Assembly: GCA_000708835.1 (NCBI GenBank)
Contig: DF237444.1
Span: 4,217 to 68,216, forward strand
Reading direction: 5' to 3'
From: Klebsormidium nitens
Taxonomy: Eukaryota > Plantae > Klebsormidiophyceae
Length of the DNA: 64,000 nt
The notes under the pieces are model-generated. The model saw nothing but the letters and a program-made list of their open reading frames with translations. It was not told where the DNA came from and did not search any database. This document shows positions 27,401-38,590 of the stretch, piece after piece. Positions within the stretch are counted from its first letter, which is position 1. The number at the start of each line of letters is the position of its first letter. A program made the position numbers and the translations under genes.

Positions 27401-30400
27401 TCAAGCCCCCCGGGATAAACAGCAGAGGTTACGCCCTCTTCGTACAGATCAGAATATGACCAGAAACCACAAACACCCAATACGACGCTGCGAGAGTCAC
27501 ACGGCTTGTACTCCAGCTTTGTCAAAAAGCCTTTTTCTTTGGAGGGGTTTTGCCTCGCACCTGTCTTTGTAGTCGTTGTGGGCCCCCTTGCCGACCCGCG
27601 CCAGGAAGAGCTCAAGCGTGAGCGCCGCCTTGCTGATGTCGAAGCGCAGCGGCGCGAGCAGGCTGTCGTGGTGGGACCGCATCCACAGCTCGTCCTCCGA
27701 CGCCGCCTTCTTGCTCACGGGCAGCTCCTGCAGCGGGCTGCACCGCCAGCGCAAAGCCAGGGTCAGCTCTGGGCTAAGCATCACTGAAACGGGTTCCACC
27801 ACACGTAAGCTCTAGTTTTCTGTTGCTCTACGAATGACCTCGAACCGTTGAGACCCGCACCGATTTTGACAATCTGGCTGCCATCGCCGTCCCTTCCGCT
27901 TGCCAGGAGCATATACGACCGCAAAGAGAGATCGCAGAACATATCAGTAGACGCCCACCGGTTTGAGTCCATTGTGCAAGCACCTTCCTCTGCTGCACGT
28001 CAGCTCTGTCGTAAAAAGAGTATGTTGCCCACCTGCGCTTGGACAGGTCCTGCCGGTACTCGTCCGAGTGCACGTGCAGCCCGCTCATGATGACGACCAG
28101 CGAGTGCCGGTGCCGCGTCCCGTGCGAGTGCGCCTCAACCTCGCACGCGTGCTCCGCGGGCTTCCGTTTTGACGGGCTCTCAAGCACTTCTTCCACCTCC
28201 GCAAACACGCCCTCGTTCTCGTGGCACGGCACGATGATCCTGACGTCCCCCATGGTGAAGTCCAGGTGCGGCAGCCGCGTCGTGCGCCGCGCCCGCCGCG
28301 CCAGAATTTTCGCTGCGCAGTCGCTCACTTCGTCCGCCAGCGACGCCTTGTACCGCGTCGCCGCGTTCCCCCTCGCCGGGCTCTGCTGCTCCTGGAAGTA
28401 CTGCAGCTGCTGCCGCGACATGTGCTCGGGTTGCTGCCCCGGGCCGCGGTCCGGGCTCTCTACCCCTCGCTTAATGGGAACCGCCTGTCGGAAGAACCGC
28501 CCGAGACGTGCAAGCCAGCCATGCTCCTGAATCAAGTCGATGGGTGCCAAGCGGACAGTGCAGGAGAGTCGTTGCCCCGCCGCTTCCTGCTTGCTGGACG
28601 GCTTGGTGATCTTGACGGTTAAACAATCAATCTTGGTCGCCGCCTCGAGCCCCGCGGGGCTCCGTAGCAGCTCCACCGAGCGGAAAGCCCGCGCAGTTTG
28701 AAAGTCCCGCAGGTGCATCGCGCGGCACGTGCCTTCGAGCAGCACCGCCCCCTGCCGCCGCTCTCCGCGCGCCCCGATCTGGAGAAACGACATCTCCCCG
28801 CCCCAGTCCTTGTCCTTCCCGGATGACAGCAACAGGCTCACTTTGGGGCAGTGGATCGCGAGCCCCACCACTCGGTAGCGCGCCTTGCCGCGGCGCTGAA
28901 TGCCCCGGGCGCCGCTCAGGATCGCGTCAATCTCCTGCATCTGCAGCCGCAGCGACTCGCTGGGGTCCTCCTGCTTGCGGAACCAGCGGGAGCGGGCCTC
29001 GCCGCGGCGCAGGCGCGCGCACGCCCACCACCGGAACTGCGCAATCTCCTCGGGGCCAAGGCGCGCCTCCAGGTGGCGCAGCGCCGCCAGCTGCTCCCTG
29101 AGACGCAAAGGAGAGCCAGCGTCTGATCCCGTGCCGGAGGTCATATGCAGTCGGAGATCGCCCTTCTCGTGGATTGAAGCGCTCGCGACTTTCATATCAC
29201 GTTTCTTTGTCGGGGTTTCGCGTAAGTCTGAGATTGCAGACTGCATGGTTTTACGCCTCTAAGAGCATCGTATGTAGGTCGGAAGGCCACTGTTGAGCAG
29301 TTCTCCCATTGAGCCAAAGATCCACAGTTCACGTACAGAACATGAAAGGGCGTTGAAGGGAGAGCCTGTCACAAAGGGCGAGGTACAGCACCTTATACAG
29401 CTACAAGCATCAAGACGCCGCAATCTATGGAAGGAAAGCCTTGCGAAGCCCTCACCTGAGGCTCTTTTTTATCTTGGAGAGCCCCCCCGCTTTGTGTATC
29501 TCGGTGTACAGCTCCACGTAGCGTCGTCGCATGGCACGCCGCTCCTCCAGCCGCGGCGGCAGCACGGTCGACCCCACTGACAGCTTCTTGAACTCGCGCA
29601 GCACCGCGGCCCCTGCGTGCTGCCACCACAGCATCGGCGCCGCCCGCACGGTGGCCTGCGGGCGGGGTCCCCGAAACTCCTGGTATTTGAGAAACTCGGT
29701 GATGCTGCTCACGGAGGCAGTAAGCGCCTTTTGGACGAGCTCGTCCACGCTCGCGATGAGCGCGCCCGCAGTTATCGTCGTTTGCCACACTTGCTGCCGG
29801 CTGGGCGTGTGGCCGCAGAAGATCTGGGGGACGAAGGAGAAGAGTGAGTTGGTGGAAGCAGGGGAGCGATGCGGGAAGTGAGGATGCTAGCGAGCGGGGC
29901 AAATCAATTAACAGAGATATTACTGCCTCCCTTCTCCCAAAACTCTCGTTCGGAGGCTTCTAAAGCAGGCTGTTCGAACAGACAACAGCCGGTGAACAAA
30001 CACTTCTTCGCACCACATACATTCGCTTAGATCCAAGTCTTGGCGGACATGAATTTGGTACCCCGACGAGGATTTCAGCGTATCTGCGACAAGATGTGTG
30101 CCGTGAGGTCTGCGCATACACGTAGTCTCGACAGCCAGCTTACTTCTGCTGAAGCGCTCCACCTCCTCAGCACTGACACAGTGCGCCTCGATGACTCGTC
30201 CATCTGGGCAAGAAGAGAAGAAGCTTGAGCCTTCATCACGAACTTGAAACAAAAGCATATCGAAATGTTGAAGTGCTGCAGCAGTTGTGACTGAGCAACG
30301 AAGCTGGAACAATTTCAGATTCTGTCCCGTCTTCCTTACCAACAAGCACGGAGGGTCTTCGCAATCGTGCTTCACGTCCAGCGAGACGCCTCGAATCCGA

Positions 30401-32737
30401 ATCTCCTGCATCGGAAACAGATTACATTAGCTCGCGACTCTGGCTCTCATGTGCTGGCGCGTAATGCTGCCAGCATAGGGAAAATACCTGATCTGCATTC
30501 TAAACGCCTCCCTGGAACGACGCTTCTGAAGTCCCGAGACAATGCTGAAGGCATGCAGTTGCATTCTGTTTGATGCTACGATAATCAATCAAATGGTCAA
30601 CTATCGCCCCTCGCCAGGGTGGCAGCCACTCACCTTCTTGACCAGCTTCCTGCAATTGGGGACTTCCTCCCCGGTCTTAGCTTCAACCATCCTCAGAGAG
30701 TCGACAGAGAAGTGCAGCTCCGCATGTGGATCCTGACACACAAGAGGACATCGTCAGGAACTGCCCTTTCGACTTCAAGTGGAACCCAATTAAAGAACGA
30801 GACGATGGAGACGCCTTCAGTAACTGTCAATGAGAGAAAGAAAATCGAGGCAGGGATTCGCAGCAAGGGAAGGCAGGGAATCCGGCTTGACATTTTGGTC
30901 GGCTACCAGCGCTGATCGGACTTTTCAACGACACCATTGAACCAACTTTATTGAAGATAGGGCGTGAGACGTACCCCGACTTTGCTGTCGTTCTGGTAGG
31001 ACGCTGAGACCCTTTCAACGGATAGTTCGAGCTTGGTTAGGAGGATGCGGGCAGCAGGGAGCAGAACACTCCATAGGAGGTGCTCAACAACGCCTGCACC
31101 AGACATGGCAGGTTCATTGTTCCTGTGGCGGCTTGCTTCTCAAAAGAGGAACGAAACAAAACCACGTAATCCTCCCGAAAGTAGAGGCGACAATTGCAAT
31201 GCGACTGAGGCAAAGTCCCACCATGAGTATTGATGATCTTAGCCATTGCGCTAGAGACGTTGAGGACAGGAAGTACCTTCTTTTCGGCTTGGTAAGTCTT
31301 GTTTCCACAGGACGGCCTCGACGGCGTCAAGGTACGCCAGCTTCAGGAGCTCCTTCTTTCTGAAGAGACGAGCGTCCAGGTCCGCAGCGGTGACAGGCTG
31401 CAGGACGAACATGCTGCTTGGGTTAAGCTGTGAACACTGCAGATCTCAACGGGGAAGGAGTATCTTGCTGGACAACAGTTTGTGCCAGATGCAACCTCTG
31501 AACATTCTTTTGGCACTCACAGGAGCTGTTCAAGGTGTCAAACGGGGGCTATGAGAACAGCAAGTTTTCGGTCCAACAGGACTCTTAAAGAAAGACAGAA
31601 GTCTAACAAGGGAAACAATCATAAATGGCCCAGTACAAATAGCAGCTGAACGAGCAACCAATGGGGCATTTCTTGCGATTGGACAGAGCATCAGGACCGC
31701 CACAAATGCATCTTCGAAGTTGGCAGATGCTCACCTCGGGAAAGACTCGTGGATGGGCTTCGAGCCGGACGTCTGAGATCTCGATCCCAACAACGTCCAA
31801 CCGGCACCTTCTCCAGTGTAGAGCGATACGGAAAGAGCCAACCGAAGCTGCCAACGCAAGGCCAGCAGAAATTTAACAACTCAGATCTGGGAGCAAGTTA
31901 TCCTTACAAGTCCGTGCCACTGTCACTGCCCACAGCATCAATGACAGGAGCACAAAACGTGACTGGAGAGCATCAAATTGTCCTGAGATCTGATTTGTTC
32001 AGTTGATCGAGACCAAAGGAGATGGGCAAAATACGAAGCAACATTGTCAGTGATCAATTTACCTTGCTTCGTTAGCATGGGCAGGTCCAGTTGGTCCATG
32101 ATCCTTGGCGATATGTGCATGTCGGTCACCAGGATGTAACCTAAACATGACAATTAGCCCAAAATCACTCAGTATGGTTCGCATCACAATCATTTGCAGG
32201 AAGGCGGTAGCCATAAGCCTGAATTGTCTGTCACGGCAATCCACCGCTTTCCAGATGTTTGTAAGCCATTGGGACGAAGAGGATGCTGAGGTAAAATGCG
32301 CAAATTTCCCACAATCAGGCAATTGATCAGTTCACACCAACCACAGTGGCCGACTTACCCCTCCATATTGAGCTCCTGACTTGATCCTTCTTGATTGTGC
32401 CAGTATATCTTTTGAGGGCAATGGAAAGAAGCCCAGCCAGTATCCGGTCTCCAATTAACAGAATAAGTACAAGGGCTGCTAGACACAACCCCAGGAGCAT
32501 ATACTGCTGCCCAGAGACGCGCCAACTAGAGCGGCGCCAGCAAGCAACCCAACCAGTGTATTCTTCCTGTGCCGGACGCTCAAACGCAATGCTGTTGATC
32601 AACTTCGTCAGTGCAACGGTGATCATATCTTGGACACCTGCAACCGAGGCAACAGCCCGGGCAACAAGTGATGCCAAGGCGTCCGAAGACATGTTGGCAT
32701 CAAGCATCTCCATAGATTGGGTCATTATTGCCTGCAT
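402..32737 (-). CDS. VPS13: VPS13-family bridge-like lipid transfer protein, multi-exon (~60 exons). The 3' end lies left of 402, probably at or beyond the window edge. Start is ATG 32737 or ATG 32500, or further upstream.
   Basis: Spliced exons give family hallmarks in the expected order. Chorein_N: ILAGLLSIALKRYTG..IWRG|YILVTDMHISPRIMDQLDLPMLTKQ|ASVGSFRIALHW..ISDVRLEAHP (32359-31735). RPQATVRAAPMLWWQHAGAAVL..RRRYVELY (~29500-29800). QYSLLMGIIFENSSE (~20900). EAILEPWP (~16520). VAB/SHR-BD repeats from YRIINQTG (~15280) to VYADGATRVLSFSD (~9540). GVGLSVVDHVPREI..QVDNQL (4587-4400). ILGSLDLLGSPVSL..GTGVLDFFTEP (~2700-2790). ATG2_C-like RVRPPRNF (~1510). C-terminal PH-like exons at 1195-1005 and 642-402. 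Splice phases checked across 9521-4587; some 5' exons (29900-31200) are not fully resolved. Confidence 0.95.
4875..6620 (-). other. Two tandem C2 domains within VPS13, separated by a short coiled coil and a polybasic linker
   Basis: C2A: LVVRLVSAEGL..CNPYCVVEV..PQWNEELAF..VSVFSAERVGRDVFLGE|VYLPL..WYTL..SGRIRL. C2B: LAVKVVEARHL..CDAYVVV..PVWNEAFVF..Q|VFSRRAVGADVFVGEVNVPV..WLTL..TGDLRLRL. Exons 8736-6376, 5894-5325 and 5084-4875 join in phase 0 through GT-AG introns. Confidence 0.9.
7072..7116 (-). other. FFAT-like VAP-binding motif in the VPS13 insert
   Basis: Translation VSESDSDG-SFLDARE-DF: acidic/serine tract followed by a core resembling the EFFDAxE consensus (F2, D4, A5, E7 conserved). 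Confidence 0.65.
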
Positions 32738-33337
32738 TGCTTGCAAGAATTGACACCATTTCTTCCTGTGCTACCCCAGTCCTGCCCCAACGACTTGAAT
32801 GATTCCATGCACTGCATGTTGCCTTCTTGCCAGAAACCGTCAAGGTGCCGGAAGGTGTGCGGCATTAAGTAAATCGGCTTGATGGCGTTCATCAACGATC
32901 TACCACCTCGAAAGATGGAAACCATCGTCTTTCAATTGCACCTTCAGTGCATGGGCACTCGAGTGACCCCGCCCATCTGTAGGATAGGTACACGACGCGC
33001 CATGGCGCCTCCGCCTAGCAGCTTCCGATCGTCATCGAATGCCAGCATGTGTCTTGTCTTGGCGGTAGCCGGTGTCCATCCCCGGTCTGGACAACAGGCG
33101 GGACGGCTAGAAAACCATCACATCGAGTGATTTATGTCAAGCTTCTGAGACCATCAAGATCATCCTTTTCAAGACGACCGTCAAAGAACCGTCAACTCAG
33201 AAGCCCCCCGGCCGCCGCCACAACAACAGTATTGTTCCGGGCCAGACAGGAGGGCACTCCCTCCCAAACGCACACGTTGGATGCCAACAAGCAGGGTGCG
33301 CATGCGCGCGCGGGCTGGACACCAAACCCCTGCAGCA

Positions 33338-34057
33338 TGCAACCCAGACTCACGGTCCGTATTGAGAAAACCCCTCGTAAAGCCATTTTGGTTTTACGAG
33401 CAAATCGTTCGATGTCCGTAGATCCGTATTGGACAAATTTATTGTTTTCGCTGGGGCCGTATTGGAGGATTTGCTCGATGCGGAGAATGCCCTATCGAGC
33501 GATTTGCTCGATTTTTGGACCGAGGCGCCTAGATCTCCGGTACTTTCAGGGGTCGGTCCGGACGATCTCCGCCGTCGAACCAGGTGACCGCCGCGACCCA
33601 CAACATCGGTCCACACGACCGCCTGGATCGCGGTACATAAAGGACGGTACCCCTATGGGTGGATGGTCGGGGCGGCGGGCGGCTGCAACTCCCCAGGGAC
33701 ACCGGACCCTTCCACCTCTAGACTAGTAGTTTGGGGACCGTGGCACCCGAGAAGCAACCGGGCCCTCCCTGTGACATTAGGGTCTCGCGGGCAACCGGCG
33801 AACAACCGGGCAACTCCATAGGGCAACCGGGCCTTCCCGCCTTAGGGTTACACCACTGCGAGTGACAACCGGGCAAGTACTTTTTCTTTTAGTGTGTGCC
33901 CGGGGCTTTCCAAAAATCAAGACTTTTTCCCAATAGGCGCTACCAGAAAACGAGCAATTTGATCGATACCCGGCCGGCCGTATCGAGCAATATGTTCAAT
34001 ATGCTTCCGATGGCTTTACGAGAGGTTTTCTCGATACGGCCGTGAGTCTGGGTTGCA
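33338..34057. mobile_element. Inverted-repeat-bounded element (MITE/MULE/foldback-like) in the divergent VPS13-L46 intergenic region
   Basis: 33338-33386 (TGCAACCCAGACTCACGGTCCGTATTGAGAAAACCCCTCGTAAAGCCAT) matches the reverse complement of 34010-34057 with about 3 differences; degenerate similarity continues inward. No clear target-site duplication seen. Confidence 0.55.
33754..33873. repeat. Cluster of five CAACCGG motifs and two TTAGGG(T) telomere-like motifs
   Basis: CAACCGG at 33755, 33792, 33803, 33824, 33866. Direct repeat GCAACCGGGCC(C/T)TCCC...TTAGGGT at 33754 and 33823. Confidence 0.7.
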
Positions 34058-34326
34058 GCATGAGATTCTCGAGATTGAAGGTGTTCAAAGCGCGGCACAG
34101 AATGAAGCTCTCGAGTGGTTCCAACAGCTGTTCTCTTCAAGTTTAACACTGACAGGGCCAGTCGTTTTCTTATCAGTGAACTCACCACCATTTTGATGTG
34201 GCAAGCCCTTCTGAATCCCGCCGAAGCATGTGGTGTCGCTCATGCACTTGGGCTTGGTGAGCGCTGCTGCTAATTAACGTTGTTATTCAAGTTGTGTGTT
34301 AAGGGCCAGGCTTCAATCTGTGGACA

Positions 34327-36694
34327 ATGATGCTCCGCTACAGTTGTCGGAATCTTTTGCAGAGGAGCACTGTAGAGGGCACAGCAGCGGTCAGCTGGTT
34401 GGCGTCCCGATTCCATGTGAGTGCATTCGCCGCCGAACCATCCGACACGAACGGGCCTTCCACCTCCGGCGCCACTTCTGCAGAACGACTATTTGGTGTC
34501 GCCCTCTTGGAAAGGTTGCCCATCATCGTGCCTGATCCGCCCAAATGGCAGAGCGACTACGAGGACGCAAAGTGAGTGCTGCTCATCAAGACCTGTTTCC
34601 TGCAATGTGCTGGGCAGAGATTTGCTTCTCACGGTCACACGTCATAAGCTGCACTCCATGCTGCCACCGCTCAGATGGTTCCATTTGAGGTGCAATGCTG
34701 TTTGCCGTCAGCATTTCTGGTAATGGTCCTTTGCCTTCTACTGTTCAATGCTGTGACAGCTGCTTTCCGGTTGCAATTATCTCCAGACAACTTAAAGGAT
34801 TTCGTTTGAGACAAACATGCCCATCCTATTTGCAGGTTTGAGCGAGATCAGAAGCTCCGGAGGGCCTACCCCCCTGAATTCTTTGCAGGGTTCGATGGCC
34901 AGTAAGTTTTAGGCTGCTTTCTGCTATTACGGAAGGATCAGGGTCAAAGACGATTCTATCTGATATAGCACGTGGCACAAGCGACCTGCTCTTGCTCAGG
35001 TATTGGGAGCGTGCAAAGGTGCGGGGATCAGTTGCCTGAACGGCTAATATCAAAAGAACACAGCTTCTGCTGTCTGCACCTGCTTGTTGCGAATGCTTTC
35101 TCCTTCCCTTAGAAACCAACTGAGAGCTGATGTTTGGCGAGCTTTTGTCCGTCCCAGATCTAGCGAAGGAGCTCGCGGTGCCGAAGTTGACATTGAACCA
35201 GCGCCCCGAATCACTGAAGATGACAAGACTGGGAATGTCAAGTAAGGATTCAGGTGGAGTTGGTTTTTTGCATTCCATTCTGCTTGTTTACTCTGCATCC
35301 AATACTTGCGGCTTGGGCCTCTAAGTCTCCAAAATCGCTGCCTTGCGTTATTCGTGTTTCAGAATCACCTCGACTTGTTTTATTGGAGCCAAAGGTTTTT
35401 GTAAAGTAGAACCGCCGCTTTCCGTGACCACCTGACAACGTTTTCATTCACGATTCCGGCTGTCTCCTGTTGGCAGATCCCTCAACCGAGCGCTTGACCG
35501 GCGACTCTACCTCATGGTTCAAGGTCGAGAGGAGTGGACGGATGATCCGTCACCTGTTTGGCACTTCCCTCTTGTTGGGTACCAAGACGGAGAGACCATG
35601 CGGAAGGTGAGGAAGGGCCGCGGTCCTGGAGTTTGTGTCCAGCCGCGCAGCCGATGGTTCCGCAACTTGGTCGAGGCACGATTCTTTATTGGCTCGCTGC
35701 GAGCGTCAGCCAGTCCGTGGATTTTGATGCCTTGTTTCGCCTAGCCCGACGTGGGGAAGCAAGTCCACTCTTCAAGAGGGCTTCTACGCCTCGTCATCAC
35801 CCGGCCACTTGTAGCAGGGCCAAGTGCTCGTGTACAAATGCTGATACCAATCTGTTGATGACACGATACTTGAAAGCTAGGCTCTGATGTGGCTATTTGC
35901 GTCCGGTGATCCAGGTTGCAGGACGACATCTTGGAAATCGTGTGGCTTGTCTCGAGTGTAGTCAACACTAACCTCTGCTTTCTTGTCTCTTCTGGTGTGC
36001 AATTTGATTGACCCTGGAGGTCTCGACTTTCCCAACGGAATCTGCGAGCTGCACACCAGCTTATCTTTGCAGCCGAAGTCAACTATAGCTGACTGACGGC
36101 GCTGCTTGTTATTTGGCCGCAGTGTGCAGAGCGCAGTCTGCGAGGGCTGAGAGGTCCTGACATGAAGACCTACACCGTAGGCAACGCCCCGTGTGGGCAT
36201 GCCGTTTTCTCCCCTACTACCACCACTCCATCAGCAACGCCGCTTGCTAAGGTGAGCTTGATGATCTGCATCTGTGCACGGGCCTCCTCTTGCAGGGCAC
36301 ATTCACATCTTTTTCTGTTGTTTTAAGGCCAATGGTCCTAAGTTTATGGCTTTCATAGCCCGCTTGGGCAGTGCATATAGATCCCAGTCTGTATTGGCAA
36401 ACATTTTGGCTGGCAGTGACCTTGGCCGTGCTGCGAGTCGTCTCGGATATTCAACGACAGTGGCATCACGTTGGTTGTTTCGACTTCCATCCATGTGGTC
36501 TTTAGCTGTAGATTGCTCTTAAGGCTATCGATTCGTTCCTGCAGCTCTTCTACTATCGAATCCAACTTCTCGAGGGGGATGTCAAGCTCGGAGATCAGAG
36601 ATTACGAGATCATGCTTGGCTCACAAAGTCGGAGATCATCGAACGAACGAATAGTAGCTTGCGAGAACTGCTCGAGAAGATGCTTGTCGGGTAA
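34327..36694 (+). CDS. MRPL46: Mitochondrial large-subunit ribosomal protein mL46 (Arabidopsis DECOY-like), at least 6 exons
   Basis: Arg/Ser-rich presequence, then LLERLPIIVPDPPKWQ (exon 34327-34571), PAPRITEDDKTGNV (~35150-35240), RSLNRALDRRLYLMV..VWHFP..GETMRK (35477-35606), CAERSL..TYTVGNAPCGH (36123-36250), LFYYRIQLLEG..DHAWLTKSEI..KML* (36545-36694). GT-AG introns. Confidence 0.9.
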
Positions 36695-38590
36695 GATTGG
36701 AGGTCTGAGTGCCTCAAGCTGGTTGAATGACATGCTGGATCATACAGCCGCCGTTTTGTGTCCTCACGAGGTGGACCACTAGCGTTCATCCTGGCCCGGA
36801 AACCTCCTCCAAAGTTGCCCGAATAGCTCTTACACCTTGCAATTGTATCGTCACTACTGGGCATACTCTCTAAGGTATCCGTGCGGGTAAATTGCCCCAC
36901 CACTCATCTTACTGGTTTCGTGGTTTCCTACTAAACGTGTGCTCAGCAACCATGCTTTAGAACGTCAGACCTTGCCATGGCCCAAAATGCGTGTCACGCT
37001 GGTATCTAGACCCGATTGGGTGGGCTTTAAGCAATGCTGATTTGGATGTCGCGCATGTTTCAGCTTATCGGATGTAGACGTCAGGTTTCGTGTGCCAATC
37101 ATCTTCAATTAGCTGGCACGCTTCTTGCCGGTCATTATGCAGAAGTCATGCTGTCCTGCATCACATGAAGTCAGCTTGAAAATGATGAATTGAAGTAAGA
37201 TTGTACGCATGCTCAATGCGCATTAAAGCACGTGCATGATCTACCTTGAAATAGAACAGCGATCCGGAAAGCTCCGACGAGTATACTCGAGGCCAGGCGA
37301 AAACCCTGGGCAGTGCGTTGAAGTTTGAACTTTGGACCATTCCGTTACACGCCCTTCGAGGCACGTTCAAAGAGGGCATTGGATCCTACGTGGCTGTCGC
37401 GGCGTCCTTAACGCAGTAATTGCACCTTTAACGTCGCTGCTAAAATTTAGCACGTGTGGATCGCGGCGACAGAAACAGCCGTATACGGTGACGGTATCCC
37501 TGGTTGTTGGTCGCTAAACTCAAATGCGTCCGTATATATACGTACGCCCTCCACAAGCGGACGCCAGCAAGGAAGGGGGCCGGATTAGCACATGCCTCAG
37601 TAGTAGCTCTCTAGTCTCTAGATAGCTCGAGCTCTTCATGTCCGTGGCACTGGAAGTGGAAACTTGGGGGTGGTGCAAGCCGCGCCGCTGTGTTTCCTGC
37701 CCTTCATCTAAGTTCTGATGGTACCTACTATGCTGTCCCGGCTCTTCACGGGAAAATTAAAAACACCAAGAGGGTTCCTTGACACCAAGACGGTCCAAGT
37801 CGGAAAAGGGATTGTGTAAGAGGTCTCTGACGTCACTAACCATACGGTCCGGAAAAATATAAAAGACGTCACTTTAGAATTGACTAGAATACTCCATACA
37901 TTTCCCGCTTATACTTTAGAACTTTCCTGATTTAACCAGAAGCTTAACGACGGTTGTAGACTAGAAGTGGACCTTCGTGCCAGGCTCCGTGTTTCAAGCA
38001 CACCGAGTCACGACACCGGCCTCAGTTTTTCCGAGCCGATCCAACTTTCTTTCCTAATTTCCAGCTTTTTCTTTTCGGGATTTCTAGTGGCAAAAGGCGC
38101 CCAGGGTCGACGGGCACGGTCAAGGAGGTGACGTCAGCAGCTTGCTGACCTAATATTTGGAATTAGACATTGTGTTACTATGTACAGGTAGAATCGACTA
38201 GTGCCATACCCAGTAAAACTTAAAAGTAGGTGGCGGTGTGGTGCTGGTGAACATTGATTCTGCAAACATGGAGACAATGGATCGGGAGAGAGCAGACAGA
38301 AAGCGGCAGGCAGAACTTCCCGCACGATTGCAGGTACTCCTTTGTTGCCTTGCCTAATCAAGCGGTCACTTGAATTACGACAAGCTGTGTGATCCCGAGT
38401 GACTGCTTGCTGTGGGACAGAAGGAAAGCCTGCCAATGCAACCCGTTGAAGTACATTTGTTTGCAAGGTGGCATGGCCTGGGCAGGTGCTTCACCATCTC
38501 GCTTTCGGAGGATGTCATATGGCATTCAACACCTCAACTGAGTAAGCTGAAGACTATTGACAGTGCCTCTGCTTCTGCTTGCTCCTTCCA

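Noticed and set aside
33049-33726. 225-aa plus-strand ORF
   Set aside because: Overlaps the inverted-repeat element; low-complexity translation with no domain signal.
36353-36565. Minus-strand coiled-coil-looking ORF (MDSIVEELQERIDSLK..)
   Set aside because: Lies antisense to the last intron and exon of L46; best explained as a shadow frame.
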